The notes under the pieces are model-generated. The model did no database searches. It was given only the letters and a program-made list of their open reading frames with translations, and was not told the DNA's origin. Below, piece after piece: positions 24,231 to 38,623 of a stretch of 64,000 nt of DNA (position 1 is its first letter; each line of letters begins with the position of its first letter). A program made the position numbers and the translations under genes. The DNA is from Mobula hypostoma (Eukaryota): positions 24,862,001-24,926,000 of the forward strand of contig NC_086106.1 in assembly GCF_963921235.1 (NCBI RefSeq), in the 5' to 3' direction.

Positions 24231-25910
24231 GGAACCTGTTCATAAACTTTCAGTATATACTGCTTCACAATATCATAATCAAGTGCTTGCTCGGGAGTTA
24301 AAGCTGTGTATACTTGTTGTGCTTTACCTTTAATTACACTTTGTATCATCACTGCTCATTTAGCTTTCGGCAACTCTGAAATCAGAGCAGTAGATTCAAA
24401 ATGCTGGCAATATGTATCCACTTCTGCTTTCTTAAATGGAGGAGCCAATATAACTTCCTGACTAGCAACAGACGGTTTCCTGGAAACAGAGGACTGATTC
24501 TCAGACTTCAATTTCTCCATCGCTAGCTCAAACACCCTCTATTTATCTGCATCTCTAGCTACATATTTATTTTTTTTCCCAGTTCGCTTCTCTTCCGGCC
24601 ACCTCCGCTTTAAATAATTCCAACTTTATCTGTTCGATATGTAATGCATCTCTAGATTACTCCTTGGACACATATCTAACGTTTCTTTCTCCCGAATTTG
24701 AATAATTTTCCGCCATTTTCCTATGAACTAATGGCTTTGTTGTAACTTTCAAAATTGCTTTATGTCCAACATTCTAGGATACATCAACCTATTTCGCCTT
24801 CGCTAATACCTCCCGGCCTGCTGATGCCAGTAAGTGGTCAACATTCTTGGCTGCCGTATAACACCCACAGATCAATCAGACAAATCGATCGTGTTTTTCA
24901 CTTGTCGAAATCAAATTGATAGTTAAACAAGCACTGAAGCTCAAAATCGGAACATAACCCGGACGAGCCCCCAATTTCTCTTAAGTGGTAGGTAACAATG
25001 AATATAGAACTGAGTCAAGTTTTATAAAAACGCATAAACGTTTTTCAAGCACTGCTCAATAATATTAAACAGTAAACAAACAACTTACTTAACAGGAATT
25101 TATCTGCTAAACGGAAAATTAACGAACAACCAAGCTCTGGAATAGTTTTTAAACTGGTAACTTCGAACACAGTCTTAAAGTTTTAAATTCGGAAGCCCAA
25201 GTGATTTATACAGTCAGCAAGGAGAGACTTCCCGGAAAACTGTTTTCTTCGAAGCCGTGACGTTGCTGCTGATCCCAGCCGAGAGATGCCTTTTCCAACG
25301 GATTCACTACGAAAGAAATAAAACGGCTTAAAGGAACTGATTTTTTTTTTTCTCTTGGAGGGTGATCACTGCACAAACCTTCCTGATCTTGCAAGTGTTA
25401 TCTCAGATGCAGGCCACTATTCCTGAACTAAAATTCAATTAGATCGATGCTTTATAAAACCGCCGAACAACACCAACTTGACTCCATCCTTCGGGCTCCC
25501 GTACTTTGGTAAGGTCTTCGCTCTCCAGTACCAGATTGTAAAGGCAAAATAAAGGAGAAACAAACAGGAACTGGCAGCTGCTGGCGAAACTGCCGGCACA
25601 ACGTTTTTTTTTTCCTTAAAATAGAAAATAATCTTCACTTTAAAACGAAACTGCGTCATGAGACGACTACGCAGCAAATTAACTGACGAACTAACAAAAC
25701 TCCGTGACAACAGGGGTTTCCCCTTTAAATACCTATTGGAACATGTCATCACGTGATCTCACATCGGCGGGAAAATTACAACGTGTGACCTTACACTTGC
25801 GGGAAAATTACACCACCCCAGCATCGCAAGACAGTTACATCATGCTCACAAGATACTCAACTATATCATGGTCGTAAGACAGTCACAAGATACCCACGAC
25901 GTATGTAACA
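24231..25910 (-). mobile_element. Truncated Gypsy (Gmr1-like): 5' LTR, PBS-Pro and gag start
   Basis: TGTTACA start at 25910; TGGGGGCTCGTCCGGG PBS at 24958-24973; IQSVIKGKAQQVY..YEQVPE gag. Confidence 0.75.
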
Positions 25911-25954
25911 CAGTTCATATCTGAAACGCTGGATAACGAGTTGTCAATCAGAAA

Positions 25955-26090
25955 TACGAGAATAATTGCAGTTGCTGGAAATTTAAAGCAATGCGCAAAA
26001 TGTTTGAAGAATTCAGCAGGTCAGGCTGTAATGATGGAAAAGAGTAAGCTGTTAACATTTCGGGTTGAAACCCTTATTTACAACTAGGAA
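25955..26090 (-). mobile_element. Penelope-like terminal fragment
   Basis: Minus strand aagggtttcaacccgaaatgtt..gcctgacctgctgaattcttc resembles the PLE end at about 40050. Confidence 0.5.
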
Positions 26091-26329
26091 GGAATGATGC
26101 AAACGTCTTCATGGTATGCATCCGTTGAAGAGTCTTCACAGTGGAGTGGTCAATAACAAACAAGAGAAAGTCTGCATATGCTGGATATCAACACAGAAAT
26201 CCGGAGGAACATCTATGAAAAATATTAAAGAGTCGGAGTTTGGGCCTGGATTCTTTTACACGAGAATGCACTGTTTGCATTGCTGCTATGTTGATAACTG
26301 ACTTGTGTCAGTATCATCTGAGGAAGAAG

Positions 26330-29210
26330 CGGTTTCTCCTTATCAAGACGTTGTATGAATTTGTGGAAAGGCTGTTGAACAACTCTCAAACTCGATAAGC
26401 AACAGACATAGTGTTCTCACTGTGTACCAGAGGAGCGATGAGGGAAATACATGACGGACTTGGATGTGGATTAAGATATAGTTTCAGTGGAGAAGATACT
26501 CTGTATGGAATAATGCATTCCGTCTGATAAATTCAAATTTATGATCGCAATCCAAGTCAGACTACTGACTATAAGGGGGCGGTGTTTGTGGGGCGGTGTC
26601 GTCTCACATTTACTTCCAGATATAATTATTTAGGAATATTGAGACCAGTGGTTCTGGCTGATCAGAAGATACTACAACATCAGTGAAAGGAAGATCTTGG
26701 CTGGGCTGACACTGTAGGGACGTCAGTATTTCTTCAGTGGACAAGCTGGCTAGAAGAACGTTATCAATTGGAAGACTCCAAGGTTGTTTGAACTTTGAAA
26801 CCCCTGGATGATGGAGAATTTAGTTTTGCAAATTTACATCGTTTTTCAGACGCAAGTGAAGATGGCTATGGAGCAGTGACATTCCTCCTGTTACACAATC
26901 CGCCCTCTAAAGTGCACAGTGCTTTTATCATTCGAAAGTGTAAAGTAGCTTGTTTTTCAAGCTAGACTTCTATCCGTCGGATAGCTCCCTTCTGCTAGGA
27001 TGGCAAGCTGTACGGCCACTTTGTCGCTTTGTGATGCAGTGCATTGGTCTGATACTACATTTCCATGCAGGTATAGGAAGAATGCAATTTCCAGGTTACG
27101 AACTTTCGTTGCAGCAAAGTTCCAGAAATGTTTAAGCTCTCACAGGCATCCCAATGGAGGCTTGTTAGCGTTTAAAACAAACTGCCAGATGTGCCACCAG
27201 AGGTTTGAAGTTTGATACATTCCTCAAAAATGCGATATCTGTGTGAGTACCTCAATATCCTCTTACGCTCGTAAGGGAATGGCCGGGGATAACCACTGCT
27301 AGCTTATCTGCAAGTCAAAAAGCGTGTTAAAATGAATGTAGAAAATGTTAAAAAGGAGGAAGAAACATAATCCATCTAACACGTATAACATTTATAATTT
27401 ATCAATTCTTAATTTGGACACGTTTGAGGAAAATGGTGGCCTGAAATCTTAAGAACCTGCCATCTTTCTTCATCTTAAAAGAAAACAATGGTACATTGCA
27501 ATGGACGGGATTACCACATTAATTTTCAAATTTGCAAATAGAAGGAAGTGTGGAATTTAATAGAATTAATTTCAAACTGAATCCAGAACCTGAAGGTACA
27601 GTTCGGCTAGCTGGTGCACAGTTTGGTAGGTTAGCTATGATCGAAAACTCTAAGCGTACTATTATAGTGGCAACGGATCTTTATATCTTACTCAGTCTTC
27701 TGTTGGATATATTTCAAAAGTTGGATGCATCAGCAAGGGAAGTGAGGCTGAGTATAGGGTTACGGTGGGAAACTTTGTCACATGGTGTGAGCAGAATTCT
27801 CTGCAGCTTGATGTGAAAGAGACTATGGAGCTGGTGGTGGACCTGAGGAGTGCTAGAGCACCGGTGACCCCTATTTCCATCCAGGGGGTCAGTGTGGACA
27901 TGGTGGAGGATTACAAATGCCTGGGGATACGAACTGAGCATAAATTGGACTGGTCAAAGAACAGTGAGGCTCTCTACAAGAAGGGTCAGAGCCGTCTCTA
28001 TTTCCTGAGGAGACTGTGGTCCTTTAACATCCGTCGGACGATGCTGAGGATGTTCTGCGAGTCTGTGGTGGCCAGTGCTATCATGTTTGCTGTTGTGTGC
28101 TGGGGCAGCAGGCTAAGGGTAGCAGACACCAAAAGAATCAATAAACTTATTCGTAAGTCCAGTGATGTTGTGGGGATGGAACTCGACTCTCTGATGATGG
28201 TGGCGGAAAAGAGGATGCTGTCCAAGTTGAATGCCATCTTGGACAATGACTTCCATGCACTACATAATGTACTGGTTGGGCACAGGAGTGCATTCAGCCA
28301 GAGACTCATTCCACCGAGATGCAGCACAGAACGTCATAGGAAGTAATTTCTACCTGCGGCCATCAAACTTTACAACTCCTCCCTTGGAGGGTCAGACACT
28401 CCGAACCAATAGGCTGGTCCTGGACTTATTTCCATTTGGCCTAATTGACATATTATTATTTAATTATTTATACTTTTATATTGGTATGTTTATTCTCTAT
28501 TCATGGTTGGTGCAACTGTAACGAAGCTCAATTTTCCTCGGGATCAATAAAGTATGTCTATCTATCTATCTCTCTATCTATCTATCTATCTACAGAAAGG
28601 GAATAAGTGGATTTCGAACCGCACCCACAGGTGGCTCATATCATAGTGGAAACTGAAGATATTAATTAGGTTTGAGTGAACGTATCTCAGTCCCAACATG
28701 AAGGTATTGAATCTGGGCGAAGAGGGTTTCCACGCAGTCCTTTGCAAAGAAATGGCTATTATCAATGTGGGGCAATGACTAATGCATGCCCTGATCACAC
28801 TGATTTGGAAGAATAAACATCATATCATCTGTTGGTTCTGAAGAACACACAATGGCCTTCAGAGGAGTTCCTAAAATAAGGCATTTTTGCTCGCCGTAAA
28901 TGGAAGCAACTAGGATATATAACGAAAATACTCGGAAACCGTGGGTCAATGACTACTTACCATTGTTACCGGAACGTCATAAAATCTCAAGTTTAGCGCG
29001 CATTTTCATCGCAGGAGATATTATGATTATAGTTCAAACGCAGCACCTCAAAAAAAAAATTGAACATTCAAGTCTTTCAAGAAAGAAGATGATTTCCGCA
29101 GTAGGTGTGCATCAATTCTGTCTGTCCGGCCACGTTTATAGACAGGATGAGTCTTTCACTGGAGCCACTGTTTTGAGTAACTACGGTCCTAGAACTACTG
29201 GCTGATTGCC
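26330..29210 (+). mobile_element. BEL/Pao retrotransposon remnants (interrupted by Rex-Babar)
   Basis: NLHRFSDASEDGYGAVT at about 26830 (Pao RNase H motif); WVNDYLPLL..GDIMII at about 28950 (IN C-terminus). Confidence 0.6.
27735..28590 (+). mobile_element. Rex-Babar LINE 3' part
   Basis: KETMELVVDLR..KLDWSKNSEALYKKGQSRLYFLRRL; AATAAA then (TCTA)n tail. Confidence 0.85.
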
Positions 29211-29754
29211 TTGAAGATTTTGACTTGACTTACTGCCTTGACAACTCCATTATGTGATGGTGTCCTCTGGTCTAGGACATCTGCATATATGTTAAGATTT
29301 TTTATAGATGAATATATTATATCTACTATTTTAGTTGATTGTAGTAATTACAATAATGCAATAACAGATGGCGGAGACGTAGTAACCCTGTATCTGTTTT
29401 CTGTCTGTCTGTATTGTATGTTATGTTGTTAGATTACCTGTTCCGATCATTTATCATCTGACATTGGGATTGTTGAACGAAAATTGTATAATCACATATT
29501 CAGCCTTTGCGCCGTAGATTTAGCATAGCTTTGGATTTTTTGAGTGTTTATTCACTATTGAGCTTATTTTGCTAACTGTGCTTTTTTTTTCGTTGAACTC
29601 TACAATTTCGCTAATTTTGAGACACCTGTCTTTTTATTTGTTTCGTAATAAATTATCGAGCTTCATTTGTCGCCCTGATAATCAGTTATTTGGAAGCACA
29701 TAATACACTGTTAATTCACTTGTTCATCATCTCTGAGGATTTCTTTTATTTTTT

Positions 29755-32222
29755 TCAAGGTGCTGCTACGAGTATTAAACAGGAAATTAGAAATGTGTGC
29801 AATAACGGAACAGCAGTTATAATGGGTATCTTCAATCTACATGCCAATTGGGTGAACTAAATTGGTAAGGGTGCTGAGGAAGAGGATTTCTTGGAATGTA
29901 TGCGGGATGGTTTTTTGAACCAACATGTCGAGGAACCAACTGGAGAGCAGGCTATTCTAGACGAGGTATTGAGCAATGAGGAAGGGTTAATTAGCAATCT
30001 TGTCGTGAGAGGCCCCTTGGGTAAGAATGACCATAATATGGTGGAATTCTTCATTAAGATGGAGAGTGACATAGTTAATTCAGAAACAGAGGTTCTGAAC
30101 TTAAAGAAGGGTAACTTTGAAGGTATGAGACGCTAATTAGCTAAGATAGACTGGCAAATGACACTTAAAGAGTTGACGGTGGATATGCAATAGCAAGCAT
30201 TTAAAGATCGCATGGATGAACTGCAACAATTGTTCATCCCAGTTTGGCAAAATAATAAATCAAGGAAGGTAGTGCACCCATGGCTGACAAGGGAAATTAG
30301 GGATAGTATCAATTGAAAAGAAGAAGCATACAAATTAGCCAGAAAAAGTAGCTCAGCTGAGGACTGGGAGAAATTCAGAGTTCAGCAGAGGAGGCCAAAG
30401 GGGTTAATTAGGAAAGGGGACAAAAAATGATTATCAGAGAAAACTGGCAGGGAACATAAAAACTGACTGTAAAAGCTTTTATAGATATGTGAAAAGAAAA
30501 AAAGATTGGATAAGACAAATGTAGGTTCCCTACAGACAGAAACAGGTCAATTGATTATGGGGAGCAAGGACATGGCAGACCAATTGAATAATTACTTTGG
30601 TTCTGTCTTCACTAAGGTGGACCTAAATAATCTTCCGGAAATAGTAGGGGACAGAGAGTCCAGTGATATAGAGGAACTGAGGGAAATACATGTTAGTAGG
30701 GAAGTGGTGTTAGGTAAATTGAAGGGATTAAAGGCAGATAAGTCCCCAGGGCCAGATGGTTTGCATCCCAGAGTGCTTAAGGAAGTAGCCCAAGAAATAG
30801 TGGATGCATTAGTGATAATTTTTCAAAACTCTTTAGATTCTGGACTAGTTCCTGAAGTTTGGAGGGTGGCTAATGTAACCCCACTTAAAAAAAAAGGTGG
30901 GAGAGAGAAACCAGGGAATTATAGACCGGTTAGCCTAACATCGGTGGTGGGTAAACTGATCGAGTCAGTTATCAAAGATATGATAACAGCACATTTGGAA
31001 AGCGGTGAAATCATCGGACAAAGTCAGCATGGATTTGTGAAAGGAAAATCATGTCTGAGGAATCTCATAGAATTTTTCGAGGATGTAACTAGTAGAGTGG
31101 ATAGGTGAGAACCAGTGGATGTGGTATATTTGGATTTTCAAAAGGCTTTTGACAAGGTCCCACACAGGAGATTAGTGTGCAAACTTAAAGAATACGGTAT
31201 TGGAGGTAAGCTATCGATGTGGATAGAGAATTGGTTGGCAGACAGGAAACAAAGAGTGGGAATAAACGGGACCTTTTCATAATAGCAAGCAGTGACAAGT
31301 GGGGTACAGCAAGGCTCAGTGCTGGGACCCCAGTTGTTTACAATATATATTAATGACTTGGATGAGGGAATTAAATGCAGCATCTCCAAGTTTGCGGTTG
31401 ACACGAAGCTGGGCGGCAGTGTTAGTTGTGAGGAGGATGCTAAGAGGATGCAGGGTGACATGGATAGGTTAGGTGAGTGTGCAAATTCATGGCAGATGCA
31501 ATTTAATGCGGAAAAATGTGAAGTTATCCACTTTGTTGGAAAAACAGGAAGACAGATTATTATCTGAATGGTGGTCGTTTAGGAAAAGGGGAGGTGCAAC
31601 GAGACCTGGGTGTCATTATACACCAGTCATTAAAAGTGGGCATGCAGGTAAAGCAGTCAGTGAAAAAGGCGAATGGTATGCTGGCGTTTATAGCAAGAGG
31701 ATTCGTGTACAGGAGCAGGGAGGTACTACTGCAATTTTACAAGGCCTTGGTGAGATCACACCTGGAGTATTGTGTGCAGTTTTGGTCCCCTAATCTGAGG
31801 AAAGACATTCTTGCCATAGAGGGAGTACAAAGAAGGTTCGCCAGATTGATTCCTCGGAAGGCAGGACTTTGGTATGATGAAACACTGGATGAACTAGGTT
31901 TATACTCGTTGGAATTCAGAAGATTGAGGGGGGATCTCATTGAAACCTATAAAATCCTAAAGGGATTGGACAGGCTAGATGCAGGAAGATTGTTCCCAAT
32001 GTTGGGGAAGTCCAGAACGAGGGGTCACAGTTCATTGGCTATATTTAAGAGGGAGTTAGGTATGGCCCTTGTGGCTAAAGGGATCACAGAATATGGAGGG
32101 AAGGCTGGTGCAGGGTTCTGAGTTGGATGATCAGCCATGATCATACTGAATGGCCGTGCAGGCTCGATGGGACGAATGGCCTACTCCTGCAACTATTTTC
32201 TACGTTTCTATGTTTCTATGAG
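29755..32222 (+). mobile_element. CR1 LINE ORF2, decayed
   Basis: NDHN, SPGPDGLHPRVLKE, SQHGFVKGKSC, GVQQGSVLGP and EYCVQFWSP; (TTTCTATG) tail. Confidence 0.92.
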
Positions 32223-34689
32223 TGGCGACGAGGTACTTTCAAACCAGCCCGAGACAATTCATCATTAGCATCATCAGCTGCCATGCCCAGTTTTAGATTT
32301 GACTGTCATGGCCCATATACACCTGTTTCGGATTAAGTGAATCAATTAATTGCTATTCGTTTCAGTTCTCTGGCTGCCGCCTTCATCATCATTTGTCTGT
32401 GCCTTCATTTTACTTTCCTCCCTTCAATCTTTCCCATAATTATCGTGCATTAAAACTCCTCTTTCTTAATCACATATCCAGTGGAGTTACAGTTACCTAC
32501 TTAATGCACAGCACTAGTTTTTTTTTCTTCTTCAGAAAGGTCATAGAGCCGTGCCGAGAAAAAAAAAACATCAAAAGAACACATGTTTCCGGAACATTCG
32601 TAATTCCCGTGTTCGTAAACGGAGAGTACGGGTAATAATAATACAAAGTAATCATAAACTGCTCAATATATACAGAAGGACTGAGCTTTTTTTTTTCTGT
32701 CAGAAGCGGAATCAAATCTGACGTACTTGAATGGAGGAAATTAACAGAACACTGACAGTTTGTTGATGGTCTTAATGAAAACAGATTGAGCGTTCAGGTT
32801 AGATTGTAGACTTTTACAAGAGAACATTCAAAAACATTTGCTGGTAACACAGCACATATTTATAAGAACAGTTAACATGAATGTATCAATGTAAACCGCA
32901 GCAGAGACGCCATTCAGTTGCGGTCAGGAATTGAGCGTGAAAAATTTACAACGTCTTGGCAGATATGGGCCTGCTGACGAAATTGTGTTTCCGTTTTTTG
33001 TAGGGGCTCCGACACATCAGAGCAATGCAATTTTAAAGGTGAAAGTTGCAGAAGTATGCAACAAGGTAAGGCATGTAGGACAAACAGGAATAAACGGACT
33101 GCACAAGGATGAGCAAGAGAAAAAAAGTCAAGATTCAGTTTCCAAAGAACACCAATCAGCCTGGCATTGACGATAAAGCTTCATAAAGAAACGAGTCAAT
33201 GGACGTGTAGCCTTGAGATTCACGATCTGTAAACTAACAAGGGATGATCAGTAAGGGATAAACAGAATAGAACGGTAAACAATAGACACCCTCTCGGCTG
33301 CGACGGACAGTCTTTCCAATGAGCGTGAAAAAGAAGCTGGCAGATAATCAACCTATTGTGGAAAACACATGACTACTGTAGGAATTACATCAGTAAAAGA
33401 AAATGCAACAGTCAACAAGACCGGCAATGTGGTTCGCTGTTGGCTGAGAGGACTACAACCTGTTTGCAGATGCATCCAGCGTTTGCTTGCCAAATTCCTG
33501 CAATGTCAACTGAAAGTGAAGTGAGAAAGGTACTGGATAATGCCACAGCAGTGTTAGTATATTTCTGAAATTTTCCAGAAGATCAAGAGTAAAATAGTAT
33601 CAACTGAATATTTCACACACTAGTTATACATAGCATTTCCGTTCCTTGCACCATCCCTACTTTGGAGTGTAAAACCTTTTAACCAGCACTGGGTCGGGAA
33701 CCAGATTACCTTCATTAATGATCATCAATCATTCATGTCTATTCTGGATCCAGATAAGCGTGTTTCACTGTGGGTAGCGGTCCGACTACAGAGAAAAACT
33801 GAAAACTTCTCAAACAAGGAGCACAATGTTTCAGTTTGAGGCAAATAGTTCTGGCGAGGAAATATGTTGGTGATCAAAAGCAAGTGTTTGAAAAGATTAA
33901 GGGCAGAACTGCATCACTGCCCTGGACAGTAGAGATTATGTTCTATATCCTCCGGAGACGACGCTTTGAACAGTTGAGGAGATCAAAATCAATTGATGAG
34001 AAGAAAGGACTCCAGAGAAGTCAGAAAAGCTTTCTGGATTCCCAGACACAATTCCTATCACCCCCCAATAAGGAGGCCCCGAGCATGATATCTGTTTATT
34101 GCAACAAATTTCACCTGTCAGGTAGAATTATACTCCGACTACCCTTGACAAGAAAGAAGATACCCCACAGGTATAGAAAATTTTCCTGAGACATTGAACC
34201 TGCGGGTCTGAATGGGGCAATTCAAACTTAACTGTGCTGTGGATGTTAATAGTTTAAATATATTGTTTGGTTAAGCATTCTTTGGATGGTTACATAACTG
34301 AATACATGTTTCATAAATTAAGTACATGAGCGGCAAAAGTCATTACGCCGCCCGATGAAAATAAAACGCTATGTAGAAACGCTTTCTAGACTCCCTTCTG
34401 TTTCCTTAGATTATTTTGACTCATTAATAGTGTAGTCGGATATGAATCACGGAGCGTTCCTTGAAGCCAGACGGTGGTATAAGCGCCGTCTTCCATGCAT
34501 CTCCCTAGCGGTCTATAGAACCAGTCTGGTGAACATCCGATCACTGGGAGTGTTTTAATGCACTATCCATCAAGTGGAGAGTATGGCATTCTATATATTG
34601 ATTTTGTTAAATCTACAGTAGTGAATGCATGGATGAACACCACAATTTATTTTCTTTTTCTTACACATAAGGACTCTTCACCGGGGCTG

Positions 34690-35580
34690 AGGGCTGGGAG
34701 TTTTGAATGTAGGCATTCCGTAGCGCTTTGGAGATATACTCATTCAAGGCTCGGGTCTCAGCATGAGCGAAGAATAACAGACGAATCGGAGAGGTAGGAT
34801 TCCCAGCAGGTGTGGTCCTCCTGCTGCTGTGAGGCAACAGAATGCAGACTTCTATTTTACCGAAGGCAATGACTAAGCAAATGCATTCCTGTGGGAATTT
34901 GTTAAGGTTGTGAGATGTATCGGCTGAAGTCAAATAAAGTTGCAGGCAGATGACTTCCCCAGCTCATCAGTGAACCGGATGTCTCTGCGAAATGTCGGTG
35001 GTAACTCAACACGATATGAGTTTTAGTTGAGTCGGTAAGTACAAATTTGTGTACACGACCTATTTATTCCCCGATGCTCAAGTTCACAGGACTTCCTGGC
35101 GTTCTGACTATCTTAGTCATAACAGGAAGTCCATCACGTTCCGTTTATGCAGAGGGGGTAGAGATCAGCTGGATAGGGAGTCGGACTTTCACACTGAGAG
35201 CCATTTCCAGAAGGTTGCATCCTATACGGAGTCCATTATGGATTTCTATACAGGTAGAGCAGTCGCGGTGTGGAGGAAGACAGAGTGAGAGACTCAGGCT
35301 TTGTTACTGGAAGGACAAAGAGGGAAACTTTTTCCACCTGCTTGCACCGTTTTTTGGGCGAAGTGGAAAAACGATGTGTGGGTGATCGGAGACTCCGCAG
35401 TAAGGGGACATTATGTTACCGCACTGGTCCTTCATACTCTTGGGGGTGGGTGCTGCATGTTTCTGGGCAACAAGTATCTCCTGCTACCAGCGTTGGGTCT
35501 GTACGCCTTGATGATAAGGATCCTGCAGCCTGAAATATTTCTGGGAAGGAAACTAGCTTTCTGGATGATATTTTAGCGGG
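34690..35580 (+). mobile_element. CR1-like 5'/ORF1 esterase remnant
   Basis: VIGDSAVRG..CCMFLG resembles the GDS(L) motif region of CR1 ORF1. Confidence 0.5.
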
Positions 35581-35699
35581 TCGTACCATCAGCAATTTGT
35601 AAATTATGCTGGCTAGAAGGTTAGAAGTATTTATGTTCGTTGGACATCTTACCGGTGTACAAACCGCACAGCGCCCTGATATACTCTGATGCTAATAGG

Positions 35700-37300
35700 C
35701 GAATAGCCCGTCCACATTCCAGTTCTAACATCGAAGATGACGTCGAGAATGGAGCATGAAACACAGCAGGCGTAGTATCTGATATGCTAATCACTTTCCA
35801 CTTCCTTGATTGTCGAATACCGGACGCAACTCAACAACATATTAGTAATATTTATTACAACTAACGGTTTTATTTTCCCAATTAGAGGTGGCCCCAACAG
35901 AGTCGCCAATTTAAGAGAGAGATTGGGAGGGCTATCTTGGCTCTGTACATGGAATATAGAGATGGCAGGATCTCGAAGTGTAAGATGCCACTAGGACAGG
36001 AAGTTGCAACATCGCGTTGCAGATCTGTTGAAGCGTTCGTGTACTGCAATGTTGGACTCAGAGCTAGGAGGTACAATGGCATTGTATTGCTGTTGCAATA
36101 TGACAATTTGTTTGAAATTGGCGAGCAGGTGATCAATGGTTTCCTGCTGCTTTGGGATCGTGTGCTTCTGTCGGCAGTTGATTTCATTTAGGAGACCATA
36201 TTTTGTTGTGTCACTAACTAGTTCACCCAACCTGTAAGAAATGTAGAACAGGCTTCACCTAAAAAACAAAACAGTTGATCCGACTTACAAGTAAACGCCC
36301 CCGCCAATCTGAAGATAACACATCCAAATTTTCAGTTGACGATGGAGGTGGAGAAGAATTGTTGCATCCCATCCTGGACATTCTAACACGACTAACACCG
36401 GATGCTAGTATTGGGCATAGCCTCTACTGGATGGCAAATAACACGGACTTATACATCAAAATAATAGTCGCCATCACGCATCACAACGTAGAGCCGTGTT
36501 TTCAATGTTGATTAACCATGAGAAAACTATTTCGGAACAGGAGATTATTGAGCACGACTTTCCTGCAGAATGGTTACCATGGGAATGAAATTAATCGGGG
36601 CCTTAAAAGGGAAGACGGAAAAAATACAGGGCACCTCAGATCGTGGAAGAAGCTACCGCCTGTTTTCACTATTTCCCCGTTGGTTCTGGAAAATCTCCAG
36701 GATTCTGAAGAAGTGACGGATAAATACCTCCCACAAACAGGAAAGGGAGCTGACATTTCAGATTATGCGGTTCAATAATGACCTGGGTCTCCGTGCGGCT
36801 AGATTCCCTATGCGTACACAGCAGCCAATTTCAGCCAGACGGGAGGAGCGGTGGAAACTCGAAGTGGGCACAGGAGGTGTATGCATTTGGTTTACTTGGA
36901 GAAGTCTGCGGCAGCAGAAATTGACATAGGCAATGACTACATGATTGCATTCGACGGCGCAAAGCTACCGTCCTGCGCCGATGTCTTTGGGACCGCCTGG
37001 TAAAGAAAGCATTGAAATAAGACCAGAGAATTATAAGGTCATCAAAGGGAAAGTTGACACTATAAGTTAGAACTGGAATAGAAGTCTACACACAATAGGA
37101 CGACGGAAACATATTAGTTGAGGGCTCGCCAATGAAGAAGGACTGACGATAGGAATTGAGTATATATGTCAGTGGACTAGACATGTCTACAGTCATTCCT
37201 GATGAAAATGACAGAGTTTCGCATCGAACCGTAGATTATAATCGATACTTTGACACTTGGAACCGGCAGTAAGTCGAGGGAGTATATGCGGCATAAAGTA
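35700..37300 (+). mobile_element. Penelope-like element, highly decayed
   Basis: NTDLY..SRHH..TTFLQNGY RT C-terminus; hammerhead remnant at about 37190-37240. Confidence 0.55.
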
Positions 37301-37369
37301 TCGCACATACTCTCATGTGGAATTTCTACATACCAATTAAGAAAGCTTTGCTGACCACATTTTACAAGA

Positions 37370-37920
37370 TCTACCTCATCGATTCCTTCTACCGCATGGG
37401 AGTTCCAGACAATATGTGGGAAGTTAATATCACCTGTTTAACACCTCGTGTTTCTTGCATTATTCTGTGATGTCTCCACAAGTTTCTTCCTTTACGTTCC
37501 CGATTATTGTGTGATCTGTAATATAGACCCATTGATGTGGACATGCCTTTCGCAAATCCCAGTCCAGCCATAACGCCTCACTTAGTTGAGTTATTTACAT
37601 TGTGCTGACTGAGCATTGTCACGAATTTTCACTGACTGGTATCACAATCGTTTCCCATTTAATTCCTGCTCTTCTGTCTCGTCCTAAGCAAAGGAACAGC
37701 GGGATCCTGAGTTGTTATTCCTGCCAATTCCGCAACCAAGTCTCACTAATGGCTACAATGTCATAATTTCCTGAGTCCATCCATGTCCTGAGCTCATCTG
37801 ACTTTCTAAAGATACCTCTAGTAGTGAAATAAATGCAGTTCAGGACATCCAGTGCAACATTCTCAAAGTTTTGTTTGCTGACATTGTCTGAAATGTTAAC
37901 AACGTCTGTCTCCCTAGTAT
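37370..37920 (-). mobile_element. CR1 endonuclease fragment, decayed
   Basis: Minus strand resembles CR1 EN (yDiv..seTW, GD-NFPHI). Confidence 0.45.
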
Positions 37921-38623
37921 CTGCTCTTACACTCTACCGCCCAACACTACCAAATCTTCAGAATAGGACATTGTTCCTCTTCTAATTTAATTGCAACCGT
38001 CTGTTCTGTACAGGACGGACTTTCCCTGGAAGAAAGCTGAATATAATCCAAAAATCTCGCGTACTCCCTCATAGACCAACTCCGTATTTAAGTGTATCAT
38101 TTTCCAACTTCTGGCCTCACGAGGACGTGACACAGGGAACAATGCTGAGATCACAGCTCTGGAGATCATATCCTTCAGCGTAGCATCCAAATCCAAATAC
38201 TGAGCCCCTGAGGATACCAGCAGATGATGTGACCGGCAGCCTGGCCATTTCTGAGCCTGAAATACGCAGGTGTTTCCAACGAGTGGACATTCGCCAGACT
38301 GTGGGACCGGACGTCGTCCCAGGGCGGGTACTCAGGATGTGCGCGGCACAAAAGGCAGATTGGTTTACAGACATTTATAATCACCCCGTCTGCCATGGTC
38401 GAGTGCCATCCTGTTTCAAAGCATCGGTCATCCGTCATTGTTCCTGTACCTAAAATGACCAAGGTAACATGTCCGAACTCCTGGCGTACTGTTGGACTCT
38501 CCTCGGTAACAAGCAAATGCTTTGAGTGGCAGTTAGGGGCTACATCTAAGGCATACTACAACCCACAGTGAACCCCCTACAGTTCACCTATCGACATAAC
38601 CGTACAATAGATGACGCGATAGC

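Noticed and set aside
32740-34230. Possible DNA-transposon remnant
   Set aside because: No TIR or catalytic motif could be pinned down by eye
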